A DNA stretch of 64,000 nucleotides from Phoronis australis (taxonomy: Eukaryota > Animalia > Phoronida): NCBI GenBank assembly GCA_002633005.1, contig NMRA01000129.1, positions 836,551 through 900,550 on the forward strand, in the 5' to 3' direction. Both the position numbers and the translations under genes were made by a program. This document shows positions 1-24,000 of the stretch, piece by piece. Within the stretch, counting starts at the first letter, position 1. Each line of letters begins with the position of its first letter. Under the pieces are notes generated by a model that worked only from the letters and a program-made list of their open reading frames with translations, had not been told where the DNA came from and did not search any database.

Positions 1-407
1 CCATTCTGTTGCAGTTTTGAAAGGCGACTCACTTGTAGTGATGTGAGAATTAAGCTTGTGTGTATTGTACTGCATGCTACATCTTTATTAGATATTACAA
101 AGCTTGTTTAGGCTTGATTAAATCCTAGCTACAGGGCTGTGAACAACCTTTCTTGTTTTTTATCTTTTTGGGAATTCCCTGTTATGACAGAGAGCTGATT
201 TTGATTCTTAATGTTGCTTGCATTCAGCCGTCATGATGGGGAGTTTCATTTTCCCTTAGTCATCATTAAAGAGAAATTGGGTCATGTGTGATTTTTTGGC
301 TTGTACTGTGGTTCCGCGTTTATTCTATACCAGTGTTGCTTTTGAATTATGAACTTGTTATCACCAGTTGTTTCTTGGTTTCCAGAAGCTGTGTCATTTA
401 ATGTGCA

Positions 408-11627
<11,220 letters not shown>

Positions 11628-14600
11628 GGTAGTCAGAACGATTCTCGATGTAATTCACAGAAACATTTCCAGTTTACAGTATAGTAGAAAATACAGTGTA
11701 ATCTGTTATAATACTAGGCAAAACTGGATTTAGTCTAATAGCGACATCTATTGGAAGTGCTGCTGGTTATTCTTGGCTGACTTAAAAGGTCAATGAAGTT
11801 TCCGACCTTGTCACTGAGGGGTTCAAGCTGTTATTGTGTTAGATGGTACTGGCAGCTGCATTTGTGTATACCTCCATGCATGATTTACTGCACTGTAATC
11901 ACCAGGGAGAGACTATTGTAGAGCTTCGATTGTATTTGACAATGACCACTGCTGCCTCCTGGCTGCAATGTAGCCTGGAAATGGAGGTACTCTAGTTTGT
12001 AGTGGCTGGCACCTGGGAACACATGTGACTTAGGAAAAGAACATTAATGTGTAGGATTCTGTTTAGACAGTTTAAACATTGTGAATTTACCCTCTTGTCA
12101 GCCAGAGGGCGACGTCGGTCAGCCATCCCGTATGATCAATCACTATAATTGCTCTCCTTCGATACTCACATTATACAGCAAATGTTTAGCAATCGTGAGC
12201 CAACTTTGAAGTATAGTAGTGCATTGAATCAACCCAGCTTTCTTAGCATGCATTGACCTTGCCTTACTTTATGTCAATGCTAACATGGTGATAACGTTCA
12301 CTTGTATCTAGTTACTAGTGTCATATTGATAGTTACCTGCATGCCGCTCTGTGAAATTTTTGTATGTTTGGTGTGAATGCCACATATCACTATGTAGCTT
12401 TTGTACTTGGGTGTTATGGCATAGTATTTGAAGTTTAACTTGTTTACCAAACACCTCTGTCCTAGTTGGAATTACTTAAAAGATCATCGTTAAAGATAAA
12501 GGTACTTAAAATGTTTGCCAACATACTTTAAAATATTAAAAATGGGATTGTAATCGTCGACTTGCCAAGTAAAGAGGGTTAATAAATATGTGTTGTGCAG
12601 ATGCTTAAGCTATAAAACGGCTTCTGTAGAAATAACTTTTGATTTTATATGTTACCATTGTAAATTCGGTCTCAGAACATTCATTACTCTGATTAAAAGT
12701 GGTTTTTGGGCTGGGCTTAGGGCGAAAAGACTGTCTGTTTTTTGGTTGAGACCCGGTTCGGTAAGTTTGTTGGACCCATCAAGTAATTCAGTTTAATCTT
12801 CAGCATGACCTCAGGTGTTGGCAAACTGCCAATTCTCAAAAATCATTTCTAACCTGTGTAAAGAATAAGTTGACTGTGATTTTGTAAAACGAAGCTGTCA
12901 AACTAAATCTCAATTTTTTAGACATATGGTGCCTAGCAGTTTTAAAGCTGGCTAAAAAAATCGAATTTGGCCTTTTACTCTCATATCAATCTCATAATGT
13001 TGCTTACTGTGATAGATTTCTATTTCCATCACCAACAAGAACGTGGAGACCATCAGCAACTCTGCAATGCTTCATAGTTTATTTGGGTTGGCCAACCCTA
13101 AAATTGCAAATTCAAAAATGATGCATGTACGTTTATCCTGTGACCTGAGTTGGCAATAGAATTGAGATTCTAGACTGTAATGTTATGAGACTGGTTTTAT
13201 GAGATTTTCTTCTTTAGCCAGCCACACAAGGTGAAATACAGTTTTAAGCATCAATATTAGTAACGTGGTATTTTATTGATTTCAATGTTAATTCCATTAA
13301 AATTGATTCTGACCATTGTGCCATTGGAGGTATGAGATACACATTGAAATTACCTCACTGATCATGCGATTAAAAACAGTGTTGGCAATAGTGTGCAAAG
13401 ACTAAATCCACTGAAATCAAGTTTATTGTTCACTATCAACTTGTACTGTATGAGCCTACAAGCACTCTGTACTGCAGGTGGCGCTACTGAAGGTGTCATC
13501 ACCAAACATGTCAACAGCACCATTTATAAGTCAGTGCTTCAGCAAGTAAAATGTGATGTATTTGTATCTGGAAGTTAAGATGTTTTGGCCATCTTAAAGA
13601 AATTGTCAGTAATGAATAGTTAGATATTAATAATAAAATGTTGCATGTATATTGCTTGATGACTAGGCTGTTTTAAAATGTATCATGAATGGAGTCGTGA
13701 CCAACTAGTTGTTCAGACTGATGCTGTGTACAATACAAGTGTTTAACAGTAAATAAATGATTTTTATTACACTCTACTGTTCTTATTTTTAAGGGATTCT
13801 TGCTGCATTCTTCATCAGCTACTCCAAGTTTTGTGACCTCCAGTCTGGACAAGCTTCATTGATTATAGGGTTATCCTACTTAATTCAATTAGATAGGTTT
13901 CAACAACCTAACTTATAAACCCAATGCAGTCTTCTCCACGTCAGGAATTACAAAATTTGTGGAAGTGTGTGGTATACTATGGGGAGTTAGTTGCGTTGCT
14001 CTGGTGCTAAAGTCCAAAATATCCTATTTTATTGAAGAAACATTTTCTCCCAAAAGTTAAAAACATAAGTTTTCAAACTTGGCGCAAGCTGAATATTTCA
14101 AGAAATCCAAACTGGTCGCCGCGACGCGTCAAAGCAGGTTCTGGAGAACAATGCATGTATGGAACAATACGACTTAATAAAAAACTTGGGACTCATCTGC
14201 AGCATAATGGGATTGGACTGGGATCTTTCTGGCATTAGTTGTTAAAAATATGCTGGCAACAAGCATATCTGCAGAGAGGATTTATTGTCTAAAGTTAAAC
14301 TTTGACTGCCGATGGAAAGGATAGACCTAAAAATGTAAGTAAGGTTGTCATGGGAAATTGGACCATTTTGCAGTTCTAGATCGCATTACTGAATGTGAGT
14401 GTTGTCACATGCAAATGGCAAAAAACATAATATTCAGTCTGCTTTTACAGTAGTAAAGTTTTATGCCCATACAAAAAACTAAAATTAAATGAAATGAAAC
14501 CAATAAAATCATCTGACAATGTATTCTCATTCAACACAGCTATGTCGGCATTGCTACCTGTAACGATGCACACTTTAAAAGATAATTATCACTGCAACAT

Positions 14601-14685
14601 TTAATGACTTCCAAAAAAATGCAACTTTTCCAACCCAGCCTTCCATTTCTTGTCCATCCTTCGCATTTGTGGCTACGTTTCTTAA

Positions 14686-14886
14686 CATCAGGTCTGTCCC
14701 TCGCATCAGAAGGTCTGTCCCTCGCATCAGAAGGTTTGTCCCTCGCATCAGGTCAGTCCCTCGCATCAGAAGGTCTGTCCCTTGCATCAGGTCAGTCCCT
14801 CGCATCAGGTTTGTCCCTCGCATCAGGTCAGTCCCTCGCATCAGAAGGTCTGTCCCTCGCATCAGAAGGTCTGTCCCTCGCATCAG
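14686..14886. repeat. 18/21-bp minisatellite, ~10 copies
   Basis: The unit aggtctgtccctcgcatc(aga) gives rise to the spurious repetitive ORFs on both strands. Confidence 0.95.
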
Positions 14887-16463
14887 CAGTCCGAGTTTCT
14901 CACAGGATGATCAAGTCAGACAGATGAATTAAAAATTAACTGTTCTAAAAACGAAACAAACGTGCCTACAGCAATATGCTGGAAGGAGAAGGCTCGCTAA
15001 AACCACATTCAGCAATAATTTAATCATAATCACCAAATTCAAACTTGGATGGATCAAGACGCCAAACTGTATTTACAGAAGCAGTTGATAAACTCTATCC
15101 ACTGTACATTTGACTGCTACATTAAAATAGTCACTTATCAATTGAATAAACAATATACACGTCACTCCCATCAGCAGTAAATTTTTATTTTTCAATTTAT
15201 TCTTTCAACAGTCCCAAGGTCTCTGCCATATGCCTCACACCATTTAACCAAATCAGTTGTTTACATAATGTCTCTGTGTACACAAAATTGTCTGTGAAAC
15301 AACAACTTAGCAAAACTGCCAACCGACCAAAAGCATTTGCTTTATAAGAATAAATAATGAATGCAAAAATATTTAATGCAAAGTAATCTTCCAGATTGCA
15401 AGGGATGTCTGATTAAGTTTCTTAATAAGTTTTTTTAACATTAAGGAACCAAAACCTAGATGATAGATCTGCCTCACATCAAACATTTCCATTACACCAC
15501 AACATCAAAACAATGATTTTGTTTAAATCAGCCTCAAGCAATTTCGCTGAAGAAGTTAATACTCAAGACATAGTCAGTAGACCAAACAGAGGTGCTACAC
15601 TCTGAAAATGTGTTGTCATGAAGTTCACAAATTATAATAAATCCAAGTACTCTCCAAGTCCATCTCACCTTGAAAAAGAACCGAGCATCGATACATATCG
15701 ACTACTCAACAGAAAGTGGAATATGGCTTGCTTACATTTCTAATCCGTTACACAAGTAGCTGCAGCCCGGAAGTTTCAACCTCAGACCTTCAAGACAACA
15801 ATTTTCATTTTTCTCAATGAAACACTGTAACAATAAAATCACTGCTGTAACTATATTATAAAATGCAATTACAATTATATTACCAATGAAATTTTCTACT
15901 GCACATACATATTTGGAAATAATATCTTTCTGAAAGAGTCTTTTAAGACAAGATTCCATATTTCACCTCCACCAATCCTTTTATGAATATTTTGATGTTC
16001 CACACCACAATTATTAACATCTCAAACACTGTTTTAAGTCTTTTATTTTGGTAGACTAAAGATGGAAAAACAAGCATAGACAACAACTGCTCCAGAAAAG
16101 AACACACAGAAAAACATGTCAGGGTTAACATGTCAAGCTTTTTATTAGGACACATGAATTGGAACTGAAATTATGCCTCTGCAAGGTACATCGAGTTAAT
16201 GAATGTCTTTTCAGCCCAAGTGAGATTCCCTGCTAACCATAAAATGAGCAATCAGGTATTAGTAATGAGCAAGTAAATCAGTTCAAGTATCAACATAATA
16301 CATCACGCACAAGCACTGCATTACTATACCGAGAGTATACTTAACATTGCTCAAAGTACCATAAAATGAATAAATAATTCCATCGTAATATCAAATATGC
16401 CTGGCTCTGAGACACTTATTTGCACTGAGAAACTCACAGATCAGGAGGTCAATGTCAATTTAA

Positions 16464-17312
16464 GGTTATGTAGGACGTTATAACCAAGTCTGTGTAATTA
16501 CGCAAATATCTAGAAGAGTATAAAAATTGGCTCCGCAAAGTATATTTCTCTGAAAGTAGAAACCCTACAGACTTTGATTTGTAATTTTTAAGTTTACACC
16601 AATATGTTTTTAATTGGGTTACGTGACTATGTCTTTTTATCAAAATTTACTAAAAATAGAAACTTCAGGTACATTCGAAGCAAGACAAGAGTAGTACAAG
16701 CAAGTCTCATTTGATATCAGTATTCAGATGAAATCTCACGCATCTTTTGATTTTTTTTTTCATAAAAACAATAAGTGCAAAAACCATAGTATCTAAAAGC
16801 TTTGTGTGTAACAAACTCTGAGATAGGTTCCAAAGTTAACCAAATTTGGGCATTTTTCAAGGGAATTACATAGCATACTATGCTTTAGGTACTATTTTCT
16901 AAAGCGTTGTTAGGAACTGCTTTTAAATTGTTCCGCTTTTGCAAGAGGGGCCATCAAAATAAGACTTTTACGATTTTTAAGAAACAAAACTAAAGTTGCA
17001 TAAAATCGAAATGAAATTATAAGCCAGAAACTGTAACAGCATTTTTGAGATTTCACCTTCAACATTTATATCAAACAGAATTTGGTCGTAGTATTGATAC
17101 CGTTGATTTACTATGATTACACCTTTGTTAGTTTCTTTTAAGATACTTTTTCCAGAAAGTCACGTAACCCAATTAATGGCTGATAAGTATTGAGTAACAA
17201 ATGAAATTCTACAGGCTTTCTTTTTTCAGAATTTTTTATACTGAGGTAAAATCTATAGTTTAGTAGATATTCGGGTCACTACACAGACGTGTGGATAAGA
17301 TCCTGCATAGTC
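16464..17312. mobile_element. Non-autonomous TTAA-flanked DNA transposon (Kolobok/piggyBac-type MITE)
   Basis: TTAA at 16460-16463 and 17313-17316. The left end ggttatgtagga...gtctgtgtaattacgcaaatatcta is an imperfect inverted match to the right end tagatattcgggtcactacacagac...tcctgcatagtc. Confidence 0.6.
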
Positions 17313-18094
17313 TTAAAGGAGAAAAGGTTAAAAACCCACAATGGGCATTCAGTTGATCGTCAGCATCAACTCAGACTGTTGGTAAGTGTACATGTATGAT
17401 CTCAAAAGAAATTTACTATCAAAGAGCTCAGCAGCCAACATCTGAAATAGCTTATTTGCTCTCAATGCATAATCTGCTACAAATAATTCTAAAACAGAGA
17501 TGTCAGAGTAATTGTATATTACATCAAATAACTTATAATCACAAGTTCAAAACAGCACATAATAGCGCAGTAAAGATAATTGCAAATGCTTGCTGGGCCC
17601 CTGAAGATGGATTGATTGATGGACAATATCATAGACTAAGCATCAACATCACTTTTTCATATCTAACATTGCTGGAACCAATGTTTCCCTGTAACCTGTT
17701 TCCCCAAAAAATTGTTCTTGTTGAGGTATAATAAATTGTTTTGTCTAAATTATTGCCCTCAATAAATAGTAAATAGATCCAATCTTTAGACCACAAGTGT
17801 CGTCCAACAGACATATTGCCAGCTGGCAACAGAATACTTTTCTTCAAATTGTATGCAAAGCTCACAATTCGCAACTGAACTGGTCTACAACAGGGAGCTT
17901 AAAATTCCCTAGGTGGCACTAGTGAGACAATGATCAAAGCTGTTTAAATGCATGTATTCAAGTCACATCGGACCCTAAGGTTCAAGCGTCCCAATGTTCT
18001 CAAACTATTCTGAACAAAAAGAGAATCCATTCTCCACGAGTGGCACCTAGTGAATGCTGAGGCTCCTATTCCCAAGTAGAGGAGCAACCTGATG

Positions 18095-21000
18095 TCAATC
18101 ACTTTCCTTCACATCATATGACTGATTGAACCTGCGCTCTGCCCACACCCCAGACAGGACTGGAGAACGCTTGCTAGAGCCATCAAGTGGAACCACCACT
18201 GTGTCTTTATTTGGATGGACAAAGAAGGCAATGGACTGACGCGCTCGCACCATCAACTTCTCCTCCTTGGGGACTACCACTCTGTGCTTCTGAAATGCAA
18301 GCAGCAAACAGAAAGTGAGCGAGTTGATGAATCAATCACTAACGAAAAAATGGCATTAAATGTTTCTGTTCCTCATCATAACATAAGAATGGAGGGTCAA
18401 GGTTTTGTTTAGAGCAATACAAGAATACTTGAGATGATACAAGTGCACATCAGCTGGTATGCCATTTCATCAATGTCCCAACCACTTTCATCACCACCTG
18501 ATATACACCTACACCATCATGGGATAAATGAATTTGAGGAATTTCATCTACTGCAAAATGTTCAGCGACACTACTGTCATTTTTCAAATGCACTGTGGAA
18601 CCGTTGTCATCTTGTAAACATCCAGCGACATCACTTGCTGATGTAAAAATTGTCTAACAAAAGACAACAGTAGTTACACGAATGCACGAAAATTGAAAGT
18701 ATGTATTCACTACAACTAGCTTTTTGTGCAAGTAGGACTAACCAACTGTCATTTAAAAATAAAGTGAAAATAAGCTACACAATATATCAAATATAATGCA
18801 GACAAGCAAATCTTTTGCACAAAATAATTTTCTATGTGCAATCATCAAACCCTAATATGCAAAAAACCATGGTTACATGTCACCACATTACATGAGATAT
18901 TACTGAGTGTTTACATGTCACCACATTACATGAGATATTACTGAGTGTTTACATGTCACCACATTACATGAGATATTACTGAGTGTTTACATGTCACCAC
19001 ATTACATGAGATATTACTGAGTGTTTACATGTCACCACATTTTATGAGATAGCACTGAGTATTTACGAGCAGACAACAACCCTCTCACCACGCGTTTAAA
19101 AAACTTCAGCAGCTCTGCTGCTTGAGGAAGATTTGCAGTACATAAAATCCCCAAAGGCAGCCTCCATTAATCAATGACTTGAAACTTCAATGAACAAATG
19201 GATGCAACAAAGAAAAATGTAGTTGTTGTGACAAAACACCTAATGTACAAATGAATAACTAAAAAGAATTTCAACAGTGTAACATACTATTGTCAAGACA
19301 TTGCAGCTCCTCAAAATGCAATTTCTGCATCATAACCCCCAAACTACAACACTCGGCGTCCCTCAATCTCGTAACGGCTAAAGCAGTTACATACGGACAG
19401 CAAAGCTTGTCACAGTCCCAGGCTGAAACCCTGATGTAGCTACAGATTGACACGGAGTTGGTAAAGTGGAACTTGCACGCTTATTCCTCATCTCTGTGAT
19501 TGTTTAGTCAAATTAGTTAGAAACACACCATATAGCGACGATGAGAATATCAAGTAGGTTGAAAATTGCCAAATGTTTTTAAGAACGAGTTTTGTGTCGA
19601 AAATGATCCACCGTAAATCACTCAACGGTGTCCAGTAAGTATCGTGACGTGGTGTTGGGGAATAAAACTGCATGATGTGGGGTATGTGAGCCCCCAAGGT
19701 GTCATTAGTGCAAAGGTCACCTATTTGCAGAATTTTTTGTTTCCACATTTACAAGTTGTAAATGAATACATTTGCAGTTTGCTTAGTGTAGATGATGTTC
19801 AAATAGCATTGTCATTTAGTTCCAGATGTACATTAGCATAGTTAGGAGCATGCAAATACAGCTTTATGGGTAACACCCAATAGACTACAAGAACACACTT
19901 GTACATTCAGAACTTACTGTTGCTACAAGCTGATTGGCTGTCCACCTTTCCATCAGATCTCCAATGTTGACCAATACGCAACCAGGAATGGGCTTGGCTG
20001 ATATATACTCCTCAGTCTTTTTACAAAACACCTAAAACATACCATGTGTATGCTTTCACTAACAGATTTGATGATGTTAAGATTAGAATCTAAGGACACA
20101 ACCAAAAACACCATCAGTATGTCGGACATTTTCCTTCAATAAGTATGGTTGCCCTTCCCTTTTGAAAGTGTTTTTGGTCCATTTGACTTGTTTTACTTAC
20201 TTTGAGATGTATTTTGATTCTTCTTGTGAGAACGATAACAACAATTCTTCAAACTGAAAGTGTAACGCTGTACACAAGTTGGAAAATCCCAACACTATGT
20301 CTGGCATCATTGCTAATGGGGGTGGGACTGAAATGGCCATTAAGCAGTTATATGAACTGAAAAGTGAGGAAACACAGCTAACACAGAACAGTTGACAGTT
20401 TCCAAACACCACTTTCGGTTTGATGAACTGTCATTTTTAAAGTAAGAGTTCAAAATACCAATATAGTAACTATGTAAAACATGTCAAATTGATTAAACAG
20501 ATAACATTCCCAAATGAAACAAATATACGACCATGTCACTTTTTACATGAGTCTTTTCTGCCACTGAACCATGGCCACAACGATGAATACTGATTGGTTA
20601 AAACCGCTCCAAGAAAATAGTGAATAAATAATAAAACCAAAGATCACGGGTTTGTACAGTTCAAAATGGCAAACATGGTCTTTTAGTGAAAGTAATGCGT
20701 TCTTGTGTGGAAATTAAAAAGTGCAACACTTCATGAACTTATACTTGAATATAAACCCATGGCTTTATATGTAGGATTTTACGATATATTTTCAAAACTA
20801 TCCCAACTGCACCAACATTATTCCAACACTATGTCAATCCACTCCAAGTCTGAATCCAGTTTATAACACACAAGATACGTAATGTCTCACTTTGCAAAGA
20901 TTAGGTTGCAAAGCTTGCTTCTTGTCTACATTGTTAGTAATGAAGGAAAAGTTAATCTTGCTTTATCTCAGTCCATAAACATTTCACGACTTCAGTCTTG

Positions 21001-24000
21001 GAAGATTATATCTGCATAAACCACTCTTGTCTAACATATTTCTACTGCTATCTCCACTCCTGTCTAACATATTTCTACTGTTATCTCCGCTCAAACATAA
21101 ATAACGTAAGTTTAAACACCTATAAACCCGGGTTTCTTACAAGACGCCAACTTTTGACCACTTATAGTTATCAAAATTGGCCTCAAATTGTTCCGACGAC
21201 AAGTAATTTCTGGGTTTGAAAAGAACTGGTGATTGCTAAGCGCATAAAATGATAAACCATGAAAAAACAACTCAATTCAGGCAATAATGAACAGTCAGTT
21301 ATTTTGTAGCCGTGAAATCACCTCCAATTTTACTAAGAAGCTATTTGAAACCAACTTTACAGTAGTGAGTGGTCTAAATCAAAAGTCAGTTTTTGCGACA
21401 ACAGGTGGAGTTATAGTGGCTTTATACTGAATGACATCAGACATGCCAAAGACATGGCAATAAATCTCACAATTACCATACACTTGTCACTATAATAAAT
21501 ACAGTACAATACAATACAATACAATACACATTCTGTACTAACCAAGAGGTGCTTTTAGAATTAAGTGAAACATTGTCTTTGAATGATGAGTTTCTAAGTG
21601 ATTGTAGCAATTTTAAGAGTTGTTGGTGATAAAAGTGCTCTAGTCTGTACCTCAAGGCCACCAATGTCGTCTTGGAACAAAATTGTGAGTGAGCCGTAGT
21701 CAGTGTGCTCCGCGCATCGTTGTTGACCAGGCTGAACTTCTGAAACAAGGAGACACTAAATATTAAATAGAGGATCAAATAGAAAATAACACATGCAGTT
21801 TTGACCACAGACTCTACTTTCATTATGATAATATGAATCTACATATTACTAGCAACCCAAGATTTGATTTGATTAGTACATCATGTCATAAATTGTAGTC
21901 GGGCTACTTCCTGATCTTGTTTTATGATAGAAATATTATGCATATCATGTTAATGGCATAGACAAATTTTTCTAAACATCTATTTCTGTTAAGAATTTTA
22001 CAAAATTAATTTCTTAATTTCTACTTATGTCCTCACGAAGAAAATGGCAAAATAAGCTGATTAATTCAAACAAGCGGGATACAAGATAGTCAAGAAAACA
22101 ACAATGGTTTTAAGACTTGACATGTTTCGGTATCATTTATTCAACACCATCCTCAGGAGTGACAATACAGTGGCCACCTAGCTAGGCCCAGCAACAAGTA
22201 ATGAAGCACAGATACAGTCAGTTACAGGGAGTGACAATGATCTAGACCAACCATGACAACCTGTGGTGTGTCAGTTGCCTATTGAGATTGGGCTTGCACC
22301 AACTGATGTGTAAAGCCTCACGAATTTTAAGCTCCTTTGTTGTTACTGCCTGGTCTATTATTGCATAGTCACTGAAAGAGCACTGCTGATAACAATGATT
22401 GGAGCTCTGTAGGTGAATATTTACATGTGAATTTCAGACAGAAATTGTCACTCCCTGTAACGGACTGTATCTGTGCTTCATTACTTGTTGCTGGGCCTAG
22501 CTAGGTGGCCAATGTATTATCACTTCTGAGGATGGTGTTGAATAAATGACATCGAAACATGTCAAGTCTTAAAACCGTTGTTGTTTTCTTGAATATATGT
22601 TGCATGGAGATACAAAATAGCAATTGACATATCACAAGGAATTTATAGGAAATTGCCCAATTTTGGAAGGATTGGCCAGCTAAACTGGTGGCTTTACAAT
22701 AATTTCTCATTTGCCGACGGTCTGTTCGGGGATGGCAATAATTTTCTATCATGACATGGAAAGGTTAAGACAAATCTTGTGTCGAAAAGAACTTGGGCCT
22801 TGTTACATCAACGTTGTCTTAGCTCAGACTGCTGTAATGTCCACTTTAATGAACACACAATTCATTAACAGAACTTATGCAGGTAGTCAAGTCTGATTAT
22901 GAAAAATTATCAAACTTTAAGTTAGGTGAAACCATTTTCATCTTCGAAAAAAATCGCCGTCGTGTTAGCAACGATGCGCCTATGATCACCTTGGCTATGA
23001 CTGGACTTAATACAGATGACAAGTCCCTAATTCATAATTTGTTCTTAAGGTAGAGCATACAAAGAAACTCTTTTTAACTGAAGAGTGTTTAATGTGCACC
23101 ATAACAATTACAGCGAAGACTTACCAGATAAAATAGGAGGGTAATAAATGCTGCGAAGGTCCGTATAGTTGCCACCATAGCTCATGTTTTTATGACATTT
23201 AGAGAAAAATCCTTTGTCCTGCAAGTACAAAACAAATATTTTGGGGACTTATTAGAATGCCTTTCAATTGACAGAACCCTTGAAATAACACTAAGTCAAC
23301 TGGTTTGTCTCGGAGGAGCTGAGGTGACACAGATGATGATAGGCTTGTGGAATATGTATTCAAGCCAAATAAATGACTAATGGTTTACACCCTCTTCATT
23401 CAGATGAACGATGACTCCCTTAAGATGCAGACTCATATTAACATAATATAGAATGATCAGACATTCTCAGCATTTTGTAGCCACTTCACTTGCTATTTTA
23501 TAAGAAACCTTCAAACATTGAAATCAAATTCATGTAATGTAATATTAAGGCATAGTAAATGACACAAAACAGCCACTTAGCAACCATGATTCATTCTCCA
23601 GTCCATTCCAAGTGAATGCAATGGCTACAAAATGCCACGGAGCACCATATGACTATACACACATTCCACTGTGGGCCATGCGACAATCAATGTTTCTGAC
23701 CTACCTCTAAGTTCAGCCCAATAGCGATCACATCTAAAATCCTCAAAGCTAGTTGGTGACATCTGTTATAAAAGTTCATGGAGATTTCCTTGTAGTTGGG
23801 TATGGCTTGGTGATCTGGCCATATCTGTAAGACATCAGGAAGCCTCAAGTATTTGCAGATATGTACACAACACATAAAACAATAGAGCCACTAGGAGGTG
23901 CAGCATAGGTCAACTCTGAAATAAGCACGTGCTGTCATCCCAGAATCTTATTAGCCAAATTTCAAAAAACATCAAGGAGTTTGATAGATATAGAGTCATA

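Larger units (their letters stand above)
22090..22592. mobile_element. Penelope-like element remnant: minus-strand 3' end (22090-~22430) joined to an inverted partial pseudo-LTR (22444-22592)
   Basis: Both parts match the 3' end of the element at ~27610-27647 and 28065-28366. Arms 22090-22238 and 22444-22592 are near-perfect reverse complements. Confidence 0.88.

Noticed and set aside
14575-14932. Repetitive ORFs (MRGTDLL, GLSLASE, RSVPRI) in several frames
   Set aside because: They are translations of an 18/21-bp minisatellite with no stops; there is no evidence of splicing or coding.
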